Assembly: GCF_902459465.1 (NCBI RefSeq)
Contig: NC_047077.1
Location: forward strand, 10,912,001 to 10,976,000
Length of the DNA stretch: 64,000 nt
Reading direction: 5' to 3'
Source of the DNA: Asterias rubens
Taxonomy: Eukaryota
Below the pieces are notes generated by a model. That model saw nothing but the letters and a program-made list of their open reading frames with translations, was not told the DNA's origin and searched no databases. Positions 23,601 to 37,900 of the stretch are shown in pieces. The translations under genes were made by a program, and so were the position numbers. The stretch's first letter is position 1, and each line of letters starts with the position of its first letter.

Positions 23601-24933
23601 ACTTTGCTTAGCAAATAAGATTGATTAGCATTGCAAATTATTAAACCTGAAATCGTTCTTATATTTCTTCCTGTATAATATTTCTTCCTGTATAATATTT
23701 CTTGGCTTCCTATAATATAGAGTTTCTTCCTATGTAATATTTCTTCCTATATGATAAATATTCCTATTTAATATTTGTTAATGTCTTATTTGTACATCAT
23801 CCAGGAGCATGTTTTACAGAGATACTATGTAAATATTCACCCTTATTATATCGTGTTGCACCCGGGCTGGCTTAGTTTATTTACCATTTAAAACACAACA
23901 ACTGATATTAATAGATTAATGATTAAAAAAAAAAAATTGTGACAATGTATTTTGTAAGTTTTAGTATTTTGTATAATGAATCGGACCGTATTCAAACAAA
24001 ATGAACCTTACTTACCTTAATTGGTGATACATGTGTTTAAAAATGGTCAAACGGTTAGAAGGTTCAAAGATTTATAAGGTATTATGAGTAGATTTTAGGC
24101 CTAGTTTACTACTTGGTTTTTAGCTTTTGACAAAACAGTTTTGAAAAAAATGTATAACTTTTTAAGCGTTGATCATTCTGAATAACCCCTCTATGACACC
24201 CCGAACAAAAGATATTGACAAAATAGCGAGACTAGAAAGCTAGGGCTAGAAAGCTCAGTTGGAGGTTGTTGGTTCGAGTCCCACTCTTGTCAATTTGTCT
24301 TTGTTTAACCCCCAAAGCCTTGACACAACTTGGAAATAATGCCCATTCTCTTCTCTAATGAACAAGCTGTGTTTAATTAACGTGAACAGGTGTTTACAAA
24401 CATGAGACTGGAGATTTTCTCGGTGGCCATGCAGTGAAGATCCTTGGCTGGGGGGTGGAGAGTGGAACAGACTACTGGCTGGTTGCCAACTCATGGAACT
24501 CTGACTGGGGAGATAAAGGTAAGAACACAGGCTCCAAAGTTTGTACAACACAACGAACAAAAAAAAACATACCAGCTGATTTTCAAAATTCAAATTTAAC
24601 CATAGGGCCATTAGTTTGTATTTGTGTAATAAGAACAACATGTATCAATGACTATAGATGTAATCAGATGTACTATGTTGTGCATGTAGTTATAGTTCCA
24701 TTGGTTTTGCTCTTTACTGCGCTTTGATCTTGATGTAAAGGCGCTTTACAAATATTTAGTTGTATATATATATGTAACACACATCGGTGTAGATGTGTAA
24801 AGTATTAAACCAAAATTAATGTGTTTATTGTTGTGTCTTGACAGGTTTCTTCAAGATACTGCGTGGAAGCGATGAGTGTGGCATAGAGTCATCTATTGTT
24901 GCAGGCACACCTGGCATGCCTTCATGGCTTTAG
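17342..24933 (+). CDS. CTSB: Cathepsin B (papain family C1A), 7 coding exons
   Basis: Exons 17342-17476, 20426-20638, 21449-21558, 22516-22745, 23049-23165, 24390-24518 and 24845-24933, all GT-AG and in frame. Signal peptide [17 protein letters not shown]; [10 protein letters not shown]; occluding loop CDHHVVG; [11 protein letters not shown]; [27 protein letters not shown]. Confidence 0.97.
17536..18085. mobile_element. Family A MITE in CTSB intron 1 carrying a nested insertion and a local inversion
   Basis: Family A body and right TIR (taccaatagtgcccagtgcctttaa), interrupted at 17866-17997. Confidence 0.75.
17866..17997. mobile_element. 132-bp MITE family C with 8-bp TSD
   Basis: TAAAAGTT-GGATAACTTTCCGTATGGCGCCACCAC ... 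GTGGTGGCGCCATACGGAAACTTTTCC-TAAAAGTT; further copies at 43196-43316 and about 54857-54980 (partial). Confidence 0.85.
19092..19400 (+). mobile_element. tRNA-derived SINE with V-domain-like core
   Basis: tRNA-like head with B box GGTTCGATTCCC (19145), then ggttctctgctgtgccacgagggttttcc..tccggttttcctccc resembling the V-SINE core; ends in a tattattat tail. Confidence 0.65.
19825..20385. mobile_element. Non-autonomous element with a long terminal hairpin (possibly Crypton-type)
   Basis: Arms of about 75 bp at 20215-20380 (gggaatcaaagtgtg..ataatttacc / ggtaaattat..cacattgattccc) around the loop tcgactttgtctc. Confidence 0.5.
20665..21104 (-). mobile_element. Full-length tRNA-derived SINE (CORE-like middle, (ATT)n tail) in CTSB intron 2
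   Basis: On the minus strand: gtcgtggccgagcggttaag (A box), gggttcgaatccc (B box), gtgtccttaagcaagacacttaacc (CORE-like), and ..tgtgcgctttataag..(att)n tail. Heads of the same family lie at about 33745-33862, 41920-41985 and 48830-48950. Confidence 0.85.
21590..21918. mobile_element. Kolobok-like MITE family B, intact
   Basis: TTAA-AGCCATTGGACACTTTCGGTA ... TACCGAAAGTGTCCAATGGCT-TTAA. Confidence 0.9.
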
Positions 24934-26110
24934 ATTCAACCTTTGCTCAATATCACTGCACTGCTTACCACAGACTTCTGCGCTTACTGTGATCTGTTAA
25001 GTGGAGAATTCCGCGGTAAGCAGAGCAATTAGATTGGGCTCTTGTGTTGTTGTCACAAGTTTTATAAAAGCAGGGCTTGAATTTGGCGGAAAAATTCACA
25101 AGACTGCAGGGTTTAGTAGCTAAACATTTTTACTGGACCTACATTTATTTTACATTAAAAAATGAGTTGATCAAGTACTAAAAGAAGATCTATCTCATTT
25201 GTCATGCTACTCGATACTGAACTGAAAATACATATCGGGTTTATTTCAACGTTTTTCACAAAGACTTTGATATTAAAGATGCCGCACAGACGAGATATTA
25301 CTATTATTAGTCATTGAGCTTGTCCAGTCACGATTTTACTGGCCCAACGGTAAACGTTCTGGGCCTTGGGCCTGCAGTCCAATGTTAATTTCGAGCCCTG
25401 AAAAACCTTGAATATGGGAGAGCAGGCTGTGTCCAATTCAGTGGCTTTGGCTGTGACTGTTGCTAAGGGTGTTGCTATGGATGTGCGTTACTTCAACACT
25501 TGATGATGCAGCGATCAAGCCGTAGCCGTAGCCTCCAATTTGGACACAGCATCTTTCAGCAGTTCAAATGGCTTATATTCCAAAGACTGCAATCAAACAA
25601 TGTATTACACAGTTCTTATACTTGTATAGCATTTAATCTTCCAGTACGCGCTAATCCACCAATCAGATGCCTGGAACTGGAGGTGGTATAAAAACCTATA
25701 TACTACTTCCTCTGTTTTTATCGCACAGTGCGTATTGTGAATGTCAATGCGCCACGCTCCGTATACGGACAGTGCAAAAATTACATTTCAAACTTTGTGC
25801 GCTTCGTCGCAAAATAACGCTCTGAAATCTTAAATTTTGCGCGTTGCACGTGAAACTGGAAGATAGTTCGTTATAACACGCGCGCTTGTGATAACTTATA
25901 ATATCATACCCAAGGGAGTCTCAAAGGGCTCATCATTTTTTCTAAAATGTTTGCGGAGCAACGTTAAAAATTAAAAGACAGTATTTACATTGATATAGAT
26001 TGCTTCTGAAAGATCAGCAAATATATTGTAGAATAGCGATTACTACGGCATGTTGTTGACATTGTATACTTAAAAAAAGTAACGAAATGTTCATTTAACT
26101 GTTTCTAAGG

Positions 26111-26352
26111 CTGAATATGCAATCAACTCTTGTGCATGACCTCAAGCTGAAAAAGAATCCAGAGAAATATTAAATACAGTGAACACTATTGGTAATTGTC
26201 AAAGACCAGTCTTCTCACTTGGTGTATCTCAACATATGCATAAAATAACAAACCTGTGAAATTTGAGCTCAATTTGATGTGGAAGTTGCGAGATAATAAT
26301 TTTAAAAAAATCACCCCTGTCACACGAAGTTGTGTTCGTTTAGATGGTTGAA
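26111..26352. mobile_element. Family A fragment
   Basis: cagtgaacactattggtaattgtcaaagaccagtcttctcacttggtg... truncated at ttagatggttga. Confidence 0.7.
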
Positions 26353-26999
26353 CTTGTCAATACACAATGCATATAGTGAGTATTAAGCTACATGGGCAAA
26401 CACACATAAATAATGGCTGAATAAAGCCTGATTCGCTCTGTTGAAATTGTAAAACGGCGTGTACATTGATGTTATAATTTAACCAACAATTCTCTTTTCA
26501 TAAGAAGTCAAAAATAACAAGTTTTGTACCTTTACTTTTTGAAATAATGTGAACTTTGTACTATTGTGAATAACTGCACTTTCCTTCGTTTTCTATTAAA
26601 ATTTCATAATAATTGAGCTTGCAATAAATATACCGCATATGCATATATATGCATGCAGTTAAAACATACTTTTCTCTTTTAGTTGTGTTAATGGTTTTTG
26701 TTTTGTGTGATGTTTTAAAAATTCCAACAAAAACTGTTCTACCAACATGGTCAAAACTAAAGGTATGGTGCTGTTTGGTTTTGTCAATGAAAGAAAGTTA
26801 CAAAAAAAGTAGTTTTTAAAGTTTTAGTTTCTACTTGTTTAGAAAACAGAAAAAACTGATGGTGTGTCTCCGTCGACAATGTCGACAATGTCAACTCCAT
26901 GCACATTTAGCGCAGTGACGTGACAGCGGTTTTCAACCACACATCTTGGCGCAGCATTCACAATCTGACACAACAGAAATTTGAATCCCCAAATTCGCC

Positions 27000-28341
27000 T
27001 TACAGCCATTGGACACTTTCAGTAAACGTATTGTCCAAAGGCCCACACTTCGTGTTAAAAAAAACAAACCTGAGAAAATTTAGGCTCAATCGGTCAACGT
27101 AGTCGGGAGAAAATAAAGGGAAAAACCACCCTTGTTTCCGCACGGTTCGCCATGTCATGACATGTGTTTAAAATAAATCCGTAATTCTCGATATGGAGAA
27201 TTGATAATTGTATTAGTGTTTTCTCAAAAAGTTGAGCATTTCATGGAATAATATTTCAAGAGAAGTCTTAAACCATTACCTTCTGTAAACCCTGTAAGTT
27301 ATTTGTAAATCTGTGAATTTTTTTTTTCTGTTCCGAAAGTGTATAAGGACCCAACATTTTCGAAAAAGTCTTATTAATTTCTAAATCCAGTAGACGATCA
27401 GAGCATACTGATCGAAACGTCGAGTAGAAACCAATGGTTCTTTTCAAAACCACCCCAACTAATCCAGAGATTTTCATTACATGGTGTTACTTCAAACCTC
27501 TCTGTATTGATTTCTAATCAACGAGGGCATTTCATACAAAATCTTAATTCGCAGGATGCTTACTACCAACTACCATTAAAGCCATTAGACACTTTCGGTA
27601 AACAGTATTGTCCAAGGCCCACACTTCGTGTATCACAAGTGATATAAAAAATAACAAACCTGTGAAAATTTAGGCTCAATCCGTCATCGGAGTCGGGAGA
27701 AAATAACGGGGAAAACCCACCCTTGTTTCCGCACGTTTCGCCATGTCATGACATGTGTTTAAAATAAATCTGTAATTCTCGCTATTGAAAATTGATATTG
27801 TTTTAATGTTTTCTCAAAAAGTAAAGCATTTCATGGAATAATAATTCAAGAGAAGTCTTTCACCATTACCTTCTGTAAACCCTGTAAATTATTTGTAAAT
27901 CTGTGAATTATTATTTTTTTTTGTCTGTAATGAAAGTTTCCAATGGCTTTACTTAAAGGCAGTAGACACTACTGGTAATTGTCAAAGACCAGCCTTCACA
28001 GTTGGTGTATCTCAACACATGCATAAAATAACTAACCTGTGAAAATTTGAGCTCAATCGGTCATCGAATTTGCGAGATAATAATGAAGGAAAAAAACACC
28101 CTTGTCATGCGAAGTTGTGTGCGTTTAGATGGTTGATTTCGAGACCTCAAGTTCTAAATCTGAGGTCTCGAAATCAAATTCATGGAAAATTACTTCTTTC
28201 TCGAAAACTATGGCACTTCAGAGGGAGCCGTTTCTCACAATGTTTTATACCATCAATATCTCCCAAAAACCCGTCACCAAGAAAGGATTTATGCTAATAA
28301 TTATTTTGAGTAATTACCAATAGTGTCCACTGCCTTTTTAA
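27000..28341. mobile_element. Cluster of two family B copies (27000-27345, 27576-27950) and one family A copy (27953-28341)
   Basis: The same TIRs and bodies as the other copies; the second B and the A copy are 2 bp apart. Confidence 0.8.
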
Positions 28342-30047
28342 AAACCATCTTTATAACAAGTAGGATTTAGATAAAAGTTTGAAAAACATTTGAGGTCACT
28401 ACCACTTGTCCAAACACTTTTCAAAGAACCAAACACCTTGTACAGCAACAAATACTTTGCACTTCATCATGTTTATTTCCAAAACATTTAAATACACCTC
28501 CAGATAAAGGCAACATTTACAGAACAAACAGCACCAATTATACATGAACTCGTATCAGTTGAAATTACAAAACCCCCTAGCATTGGACGTCAACGTTGAT
28601 GAAACCTGATGGCTGAAGAGCTATCATTGGCAGAGTCATGGATAGCGCGTTCCCCAGAGTTGCAAAATATTTCAACAAGAAATCACTAAAACATTATTGG
28701 GAATATCTTTAGAATTACATTCAACATGATAGGAAAAAGATTTCCATAATCCAGGAAACTTTTTAATTTGTTTATCAGAACATACATGTACAAAGAATGG
28801 TTTGTTATAAGGTAACGTTCAGCGGAATCAATGAACCCTTTTTATGAAACGTGCTAATTACATTCAGGCATGCGTACAGACCCTGTTGGTTGGCAAACGC
28901 CATAGAATTGTGCACTAAACAGACGCATAATCGCGTCTACGTCAGGCACCCATTACCTGCGTACAAAACAGCGCGATGTTCCCAAATTTTTGCCAACTAA
29001 AATGTTAGTACGCAGGCACTTTGTGCAATGTCCATATTTCATAAAAAGGGTCTATTGCATGGAATGTTAGCAGCTCTGCAGCCGATTTCACGAAACGCTA
29101 GGATTAATCCTATCTCGAGTTAGCACGAGTTACCCGTCCTAACTTAGGATGAATTCAATGCGTCCTACGTATTTGAATACGGAACTGAACTCATCCTAAG
29201 TCCTAAGATTTATCCTAAGTTAGAAAGAGTTTAGTGAAATCGACAGCAGGTGTGTGCACTTTTCCACTATTGTCAGCAAAGTTGGCCGCCAATGCAATAG
29301 GTATATAAATCCTATATTGTAAAAAAATCTCCTCTAAATTAAATGTCTTGTAGCCACAATGTTTTCTCTGGACCATATGTATTTTTAAAAAACCCTAATA
29401 TTTCTGTCAGACAAAACAGTTTTAAATCCTAAATCAATTTTAAGACAGGCAGATTAGTAACTTTACATGTACATGACTCCAATAACGCAATCTTCCATGA
29501 TCATACTACACAGACATAAAAAATCTAATCAACTAATAATAGTGTTATGTAAATAACATACACAGCCTTTTTTGTACCCGTGCCAAGAAATATTTAAGAT
29601 GAAAAAATGACCTGAACGTCAGGCTTGGAATTTGATCTTTGAAAGAGCAATGCCATTTTCATTTTGCAGAGGGCACTTCCATTGGAATATCCAACCTTTG
29701 AAGGGCACCAAGGCCAAGCCCAGGGGCAGCGGAGGCAATAAGCCTTTTTGAGGTATGGCGGACGTGATAGGCACGCGTCACACGCAGCGACTGATGCCAC
29801 GCTCACCATGTGGTCATTAGGTTTACGTGTAAACGCCGCGTCGCCTAAAATGTGCACTTCACTGAATAACATACGTTCTATTTCTATGGTCAATACGTAC
29901 AAATTTACCACAACTTTACAGTGTTGTAGCATTGTGTCCGCCTCAAAAAGGCTTATGGTCTGCGTGTCATTCCAAGCCTGCACTATTGAACCTAAACTAC
30001 ATGAAAACATATATTATACTGCACATGATTTTAAAGTTTAAGTGACA

Positions 30048-30197
30048 AGGGGTGGATTTCACAAAGAGTTAAGACTAGTCTTATGTCGAGTTAGGGCCAG
30101 TTATTCATCCTAACTTAGGACTAGCCACACGTTTTGTATATCTCCTAGGACTAATCCTAAGTTAAGACTAGTCCTAACTCTTTGTGAAATTGACCCA
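30048..30197. mobile_element. Palindromic MITE family H (ggactagtcctaacttagg core)
   Basis: gggtggatttcacaaagagttaagactag ... ctagtcctaactctttgtgaaattgaccc; relatives at 29080-29245, 41590-41766 and 61545-61705. Confidence 0.7.
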
Positions 30198-30329
30198 AGA
30201 TGTCTATACTACATAAGAAAATCAGAGAGAAACTGACTTTAATAATTTGTAATGTGCTTGATTAGCTAATTCATTTTGAGGAATAAATTACAAAGTACAT
30301 GTAAATCATTACTCAAAGCATGTAAACCT

Positions 30330-30562
30330 ATATATATTTGGTTTGCGGTAACACCATGTGTGTATCTACTTGCCAGGTACAGTTTGTTCTTAGAGAACTG
30401 TCTTTCTTTATTCTACTGCTGCGCAGTAGATTTGTCGGATGATCGGGAGACTTCTCAGATCTGAAAAGAACTGTCCTGCTTTAAGAAAGACAGTTCTCTA
30501 AGAACAAACTCTACCTGGCAAGTAGATACACACATGGTGTTACTGCAAACCAAATATATATT
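30330..30562. mobile_element. Palindromic MITE in TA-rich flanks
   Basis: tatatttggtttgcggtaacaccatgtgtgtatctacttgccagg ... cctggcaagtagatacacacatggtgttactgcaaaccaaatata; half copies at about 33135-33270 and 34225-34380. Confidence 0.75.
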
Positions 30563-31325
30563 GATACCTCACCATGCAACGCCTCAAATCCTATACATCT
30601 AAACCTGTTACTGAAATTTATACTAGCGCACAGCACCTAACACTTCATAGCACCAAAAATAGTTTCTGTTGACCCAATTTCATAGAAATAAAAGCAGTCA
30701 ATGGTGCTTAAAACTTTCTTGCTAAGCAAAACAAAAAACAGACAGCATACCAGTTGGCAATTGCACATGTGGCATTGTATTTTGGTTGGTTACCTTATTC
30801 TGGTAAGCATAAATGTAAATTGGTCCCGTGTCCAATTTAATTGACCTAGTCGGCATATAAATTTGACAAATACAGACAAATCTTGCAGAGCAAGCATAAT
30901 TTCGTAGTGCTAAGCAACTTTGTGTGACTAAGCTGCTTTATGAAAGTTGGCCCAGTTGCTTACATTGGTTACAATGTCTACAGCTGAGTCTACTTTGATA
31001 GATAGAGAAAGTACACTTACATTACATCACCATAACTTTCAGTGAACAGGGTTAGCAACAACTTTCTGCGCTAGGTGCCCAAATGAAGAATTCTAACAGC
31101 AGCATGAAATAAATAGGCGGATTTTTCGCTCGTGATTAGCATTGCTCTAACATAGGGGGCCTCGGCAGCTAAAGTCACAAAACTTCACGCTTTTGTATAA
31201 AGTTCACTAGTGCAAGATTCCTTGTGCTACTGGTGAACAACTTACGCAGTTACGCAAGTGGACGCAAAGATGCGTAAAGTTTTGTGAAACCGGGTCTCAG
31301 GCAGGTCTCATGAACAACTTCTGAG

Positions 31326-31768
31326 GGTATGTTCAGACAGCGTACTAAGTTAGACCCGAACCGGTTTAACTTTTATGAGCAGCAGGGGGTGGTCCTAAAA
31401 AGAAATTGCCACTTGAGTTCAGACAGCACTGAGTTAAACCCGATACGGTTCATCTTTGGTTATGAGAGGTCAAAGCAAACGCGACCCCGTTACTCTAACA
31501 TCCCATTTATTGTCCTGTTCATTGGTCACCGTGTGTTTACGTAATGATTACAGAGGTCAATGGGTCGCCTGTCGTGAGTTAAACCGGATGTGGTCTTTTT
31601 TATTCTGTCCACACAGTGTTAAAAGATAAACCCCCTCCCTGGATGGTTTATCTTTTGTGGGTTGAACTCGATTCGGTCTAACTTTAGATCCGTTCAGACA
31701 CACTGAGTTGAACTCGATCGGGTTGAACCATGAGTTAAACCAACTTTAGTACCATGTCTGAACGACCC
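31326..31768. mobile_element. Inverted-repeat element in the probable PTDSS1 3' UTR
   Basis: gggtatgttcagacag..tactaagtt pairs with aactttagtaccatgtctgaacgaccc; internal ttcagacacactgagtt(a/g)aac repeats. Confidence 0.55.
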
Positions 31769-31943
31769 CATAGATTCCTGATTTAAAAAAACTTTCTGCT
31801 TATGTAAGTTCACTTGTGCAAGATTTCTTGTGTCAGCGGTACACAACTTACACAGCTACGCAAGTGGACTTACAAAGATGCGTAAAGTTTTGTAAAGCCG
31901 GCGGCAGGTCTGGTGGACAAGATCTAAGATACCTCCAGAGAAT

Positions 31944-34900
31944 TTAGTTGAGGTCTCCACCAGCGGCGCTAATCCGCCTCCTGGTGTTGTACCTGTGTGT
32001 AGCGCCAGATGACTGCTCAGAGTTTGATGAGAGCCCATTCACTTCTTCTATGTATGAATTCTCCGTCCGCTTTTTAGTGTTTCGTGATCGGTCCTAGAAG
32101 AACATACAATACAAAAATCATCAATGAACGAACTTTTTAAAGTATTGTAAGTTTAACTAATCTTTTTATAGTAGTGCTTTTCCATAACTTTTTAAATTTC
32201 GCGGTTTGTGGTTTTAACTATTGGCTGGTCCATTTTGTGGTTTATATTTTTAGAAATCTTTTATGCTCGTTGGTTTTTTTTTGCTCTTGTTTGCAGCTAT
32301 TTTTAATGTGTACAGCGCCTTGGGGTCCAGTCATGTAAGGCGCTTTATAAGCGTTGTTTATTATTATTATTATTATTAAAAAACTCTTTGATGTTATAAA
32401 AAAGTTTCTAAAATCAGGGGATTTTCAAATTTGTCCCATCAGAACATGGAATGATTGGTTTATTTTCAGGGAACTTTCTGAAGAATCAGGGAGGATGGCA
32501 GATCTGCTCTTAATCTTTGGAAAGTGGTTGGAGCTAACTACGCATGAGCCAGTGTTGTAGATCTGGAGACCTAGGTAGTCTTGGTCTGTCTCAAGATCCT
32601 TTTTTGCGGTCTTGGATGGGCTAGTCTCAGTCTTGCGAGAACTGGGCCCAATTTCATAGAGCTGCTAAGCACAAAAGTTTGCTTAGCATGAAACTTCTAC
32701 CTGATAAAAACACGATTATCAACCATTACTTCCGAGTGATTTTCAGGATAAGCAATTAACAGCTGCAATTAACAGCTGAATACCAGTAACAAGCAGTTTG
32801 CAACAAATGGAAATTTGGCTGGTATTCCTGTTTTTATCAAGGCTGCCAATGTATTGGTCTGGGTCTCAGACTTCCAGATTTTGACTACAACACTGGCATG
32901 AGCTGAATACGTGGGTTCGTTGGGACCAAAGAAGTGCCATGTTTGAGGGTTAATTATTACTTACCGTGTGACCCTCCTTCCTTGTTTGTAAGACGATTCC
33001 ATACAGACAAATCACAACCATAAGCATCTGCAACGAAGAGGAATGGTCATCAATAAAAATGGGTTTAAAAAGAGAGAGAGTGGTGCTTAATACAACTTAA
33101 CACTTTTTTTAGAAGTGTAATCAAGACTATGGTTTGCCATAACACCATGCGTGTATTACTTGAAGATTATGTTCTTTAGCGAACTGTCTTGCTTTACATT
33201 CAACTACAGCAGAGTAGATTTTTGGAATTCACGAGACTTCTCAGTTCCGAAAAGAACTGTACTGCTTTTTAACTACTACCTGGGCGGAAAGTAGAAAATT
33301 GGCTTGACTACTTTAGCTTTTACTAGATTAGTATCAACTTCTTAATTGGTTTCGATGTTTCGACGTTCTTGCTCTAGTCATTGTCAGGATTTGTTTTCAA
33401 ACTATCACTGCCTTTAAAAGCCCCACTGTGTGATCTGGGGCATTATTATTATTTTTTTTATCTTCATGTTTTTTTAAATTTAATCTTTACAAAAAAAAAA
33501 AATAATCCTTGGATTTTGTGGAAGTCCTGAAATCAAGAAAAATTCTGAGAGAATCCCAAGTATGCCTCTTTACCTGTGCCAGTAACCAAAGGACTACGTT
33601 GAAAATAATGGTCTGAGCAAACAGATCAATTGCACTCTTTACACAGATGAGAGATTCAATCACAGTTATGGCTCTGAAATAAAACACAGCAATGGAAGAT
33701 GATCAGTTACAGATTATTTCTAATTTTTGTTCGACGCCATGATAATGGGTGTCGTGGCAGAGAGTATAAGAGCACCGAACTCCAGCTCTGGTGTTTTTGT
33801 TCAGCAGAGTGTGGGTTTGAATCCCGGTCGTGACACTTGTGTCTTTGAGCAAGACACTTAAAGCCATTGGACACTTTCAGTAAGCAGTATTGTCCAAGGC
33901 CCACACTTCATGTATCACAACTTATATATAAAATAAGAAACCTGTGAAAAGTCGGGAGAAAAGTCGTGTTAATCAGAACATGAAAAGATTGGTTTCATTT
34001 TCATGGAACTTTCTGCAGAATCAGGAAGAGTTGGCCGCTCTGTTCACTGGTTTTCTGTTTGAGAAAGGAAATAATCACAAAACTACTCTGTTTTTTTCGG
34101 AAAATACAACACGGTATACTCACGCAAAAACCCAGAGTTGAGTTCCAACCCTCTTACAAGCAGGGTCCGTCACGTAAGAATGATATTGCCTGTAATACGA
34201 ACAACATTAAACAAAACTATTTATATATATTTGGTTTGCGGTAACACCATGTGTGTATCTACTTGCTAGGAAGACTATGTTCTTTTGAGAACTTGTCTTG
34301 CTATATATTCTACTTCCGCAGAGTAGATTTTGTCGGAATTCGGGAGATTTCTCGCTTATGAAAAGAACTATCCTGCTTTTCCATTTAGTGCCAATTTCAA
34401 TATAGTAACAAAGTGCAATATAAAAGGTTCAAGCAAACAATACTTGCTGACCTGTTAATCATTAATATTAACTGCAGATTTAACTGCTACCGTCAGTGCA
34501 TCATTTTTGCTCCCAGAGTTTAGTTTGAGTTTAGTTTTATTCACTTTATACACTGGTATAAAAATATACAAATAGAAAAATGAAGATACAAAGAAACAAA
34601 ATAGATTCAAATACCAAGTCAGTAAGTGGCAAGGAGGAACAGGTGACCAGCACCACAGAGGCCACTTTCATAAAGCTGTCGAGGATAAAACAGTGCTGGG
34701 CAAAAATTCTCTGCTGTGCAGAAATTGCAGAGCAGTGTATCAGTCGCAATACTTTGTGGTATTTTGGTTGATAATGTCTTTCTGCCTCAAGCCAGATTTG
34801 TCAGTGCTAATAAGCAAGATTTGTCAGTGATAATAAGCAAGATTTGTCAGTGCTAAGCAAGTTGTTGTGTTTGACAGCTTTATGAAATCGGGCCCAGTGA

Positions 34901-37900
34901 GCAGCAACATGAAATACGGCTTGATCTACGACGCTGAGTCCAGCTTACCTCAGTACTGGAGCCACCATTGAACATACTAAGCAAATGCGAATAACGCAGA
35001 GCGGATGGTCCGGAGCGAATAGGAAAATGTGTTTAGAGAAGAAAGTATTTAGCTCCACAAGCTGCAAATGAAAATGAGAGAGAAATCAATGAGTCGGTTT
35101 TAGAAAAATTGGTATGTCATCCGAAGGTTCACACACAACACAGTATGTCACATTGGTCCAGTGGTTAAAGACATTATACACTTTCGGTAAACAGTATTGT
35201 CCAAGTCCCACACTTCGTGGATCACAACTTATATATAAAATAATAAACCTGTGAAAATTTAGGCTCAATCGGTCATCGGAGTCGGGAGAAAATAACGGGA
35301 AAACCCACTCTTGTTTGCGCACGTTTCGCCGTGTCATGACATGTGTTTAAAATAAATCCGTAATTCTCGCGTACGACAATTGATATTGTTTTAATGTTTT
35401 CTCAAAAAGTAAAGCATTTCGTGGACTAATATTTCAGGAGAAGTCTTTCACCATTACCTACTGTAAACCCTGTAAATTATTTGTAAATCTGTGAACTTTT
35501 TTTTTTTCTGTACCGAAAGTGTATACATGTAATGGCTTTAAACTGTAGGACTTGCAATCACAAGGTTGCGGGTTTGAATACCTCATTCTGTGTCCTAACA
35601 AATTATTACACTATTACCTGTTCATATGTTCTGTGGTAATTACTCATAATATTTGTTAGCATAAAAAATTACTTGGTAATAAGCAATGGAGAGCTATTGA
35701 TAGTATAAAACAATGTGAGAAACCGCTCCCTCTGAAGTAACAAAGTTTTTGAGACAGAAGTAATTTCTCAATAAGATATTTGAATTGAACTCAAGACCTC
35801 AACTGGGGACTCGAATTCAAGCATCTGGAAGCACACAACTTGTGCAAGCAAGGGTGTTTTTTCTTTCACTATTTTCTCGCAATGTCGATGACCAACGGAG
35901 CTCAACTTTTCACAGGTTTGTCATTTATGCATATGTTGAGATACAACAAGTGAGAAGACTGGTCTTTGACAATTACCAATAGTGTCCAGTGTATTTAAAC
36001 AGATGAATATGATACGTGGGATGTTGACGTCGGGTGAATTGGGTTGATACATGAAAGAAGTAAATTACTTTACCTGTGTGAAGAGAATCATAATGAAGAC
36101 TGCAATGACACGCATGTAGGAAGATTGTGGATCCAGCCAGCGTACCTCTGTCCAACTGTACAGACACGATATAAGATTGAATATTAATGTTTGTTTTGGC
36201 CAGGGACGATTTCACAGAGGCAACAAGAGACTTGGTTTATTCATTTCATCAACATTTATAAAAGACACTAGCAGTAAAAAACTTAATTGTGGTCTTAAAT
36301 GTACAATTTGGCAGTTAATACAATAAAAGGTAGTTAAAACGATGAATAGCAGAAAAAAATTCTGAAGACGTTTTGTAAAACCATCGTGGAAAACAACCTA
36401 GTGTCATTATGAAGACGATACCTGATTCAAACAAAATGATTTCTTAAATGCTGTACACTATCGAAAGCTGCAGTAGGCTTCTAATCAAAACATTAATTTT
36501 AGACTGACTACCCAACGTATAACTTCCCTTCAAAACTGTTTTTAACCCATACTCTATAACTTATAATTTACAGGGGAGGGTACGAACCTTGCTGGCGTAA
36601 ACTGCAACATGGCTCGCCTGATTTTACCAGATGTAGAACGGATATCTCTGGGGAAAAAAAACATCAAAGTAATTGTGGATTCAAACTGAAACTAGCTCAG
36701 TTTTATGTTAAAGACTGCATTCTGTTAGTGGGAGATCAAAATATTTTCATGAACTCTTATAGTTGAATAATTTGATCTGTTCAGTCATCATCTTAAAGGC
36801 AGTGGACACTATTGGTAATTACTCAAAATATTTATTAGCATAAAACCTTACTTGGTAACGAGTAATATGGAGAGGTTGATAGTATAAAACACTGTGAGAA
36901 ACGGCTCCCTCTGAAGTAACGTAGTTTTTGAGAAAGAAGTAATTTTCTACAAATTTGATTTTGAGACCTCAGAATTAGATGAGGTCTCGAAATCAACTTG
37001 CATCTGAAAGCACACAACTTCGTGTGACACGGTTGGTTTTTCTTTCATTTTTATCTCGCAACTTCAACGACCAATCAAGCTCAAATTTTCACAGGTTTGT
37101 TATTTTTATGCATATGTTGAGATGCACCAAGTGAGAAGACTGATCTTTGACAATTACCAATAGTGTCCACTGTCTTTAAACACCGACTACGCTATTTTAA
37201 CATTACATTGAGCTTTCCAAAACCAAGACTTACATGTAGCTTTGAGCTCCGTCAGAAATTTTGAAAGAGGGCACTTTTGGTACAGGACTTTAAACAGACA
37301 GAAGAGAAGTTGAAGTGTTTGTTCAAAAAAAAAAAAAATGGCTACAATCATAGAAGTTATGTGAACCCCAACCAGATATGTGTTTTTGGGGCTTCGGTCA
37401 TTGGTTCATGCACATGTACATATACTCGCCCATCATGGTCTCCAAAGGGTTTAAAGACACTGGACACGATTGGTAATTGTCAAAGACTAGCCTTCACAGT
37501 TGGTGTATCTCAACACATGCATAAAATAATAAACCTGTGAAAATTCAAGCTCAATCGGTCATCGAACTTGCGAGATAATACTGAAAGAAAAAAACACCCT
37601 TGTCACATGAAGTTGTGTGCGTTTAGATGGTTGATTTCGAGACCTCAAGTTCTAAATCTGAGGTATCGAAATCAAATTCGTGGAAAATTACTTCTTTCTC
37701 GAAAACTACGTCACTTCAGAGGGAGCTGTTTCTCACAATGTTTTATACCATCAACCTCTCCCCATTACTCGTCACCAAGAAAGGTTTTATGCTAATAATT
37801 ATTTTGAGTAATCGCCAATAGTGTCCACTGCCTTTAAAAGCCCAGCTGGGAATCAATTTACCTGATGCTATCCCAGTGAAAATTTTTAATCTCCAGCTTT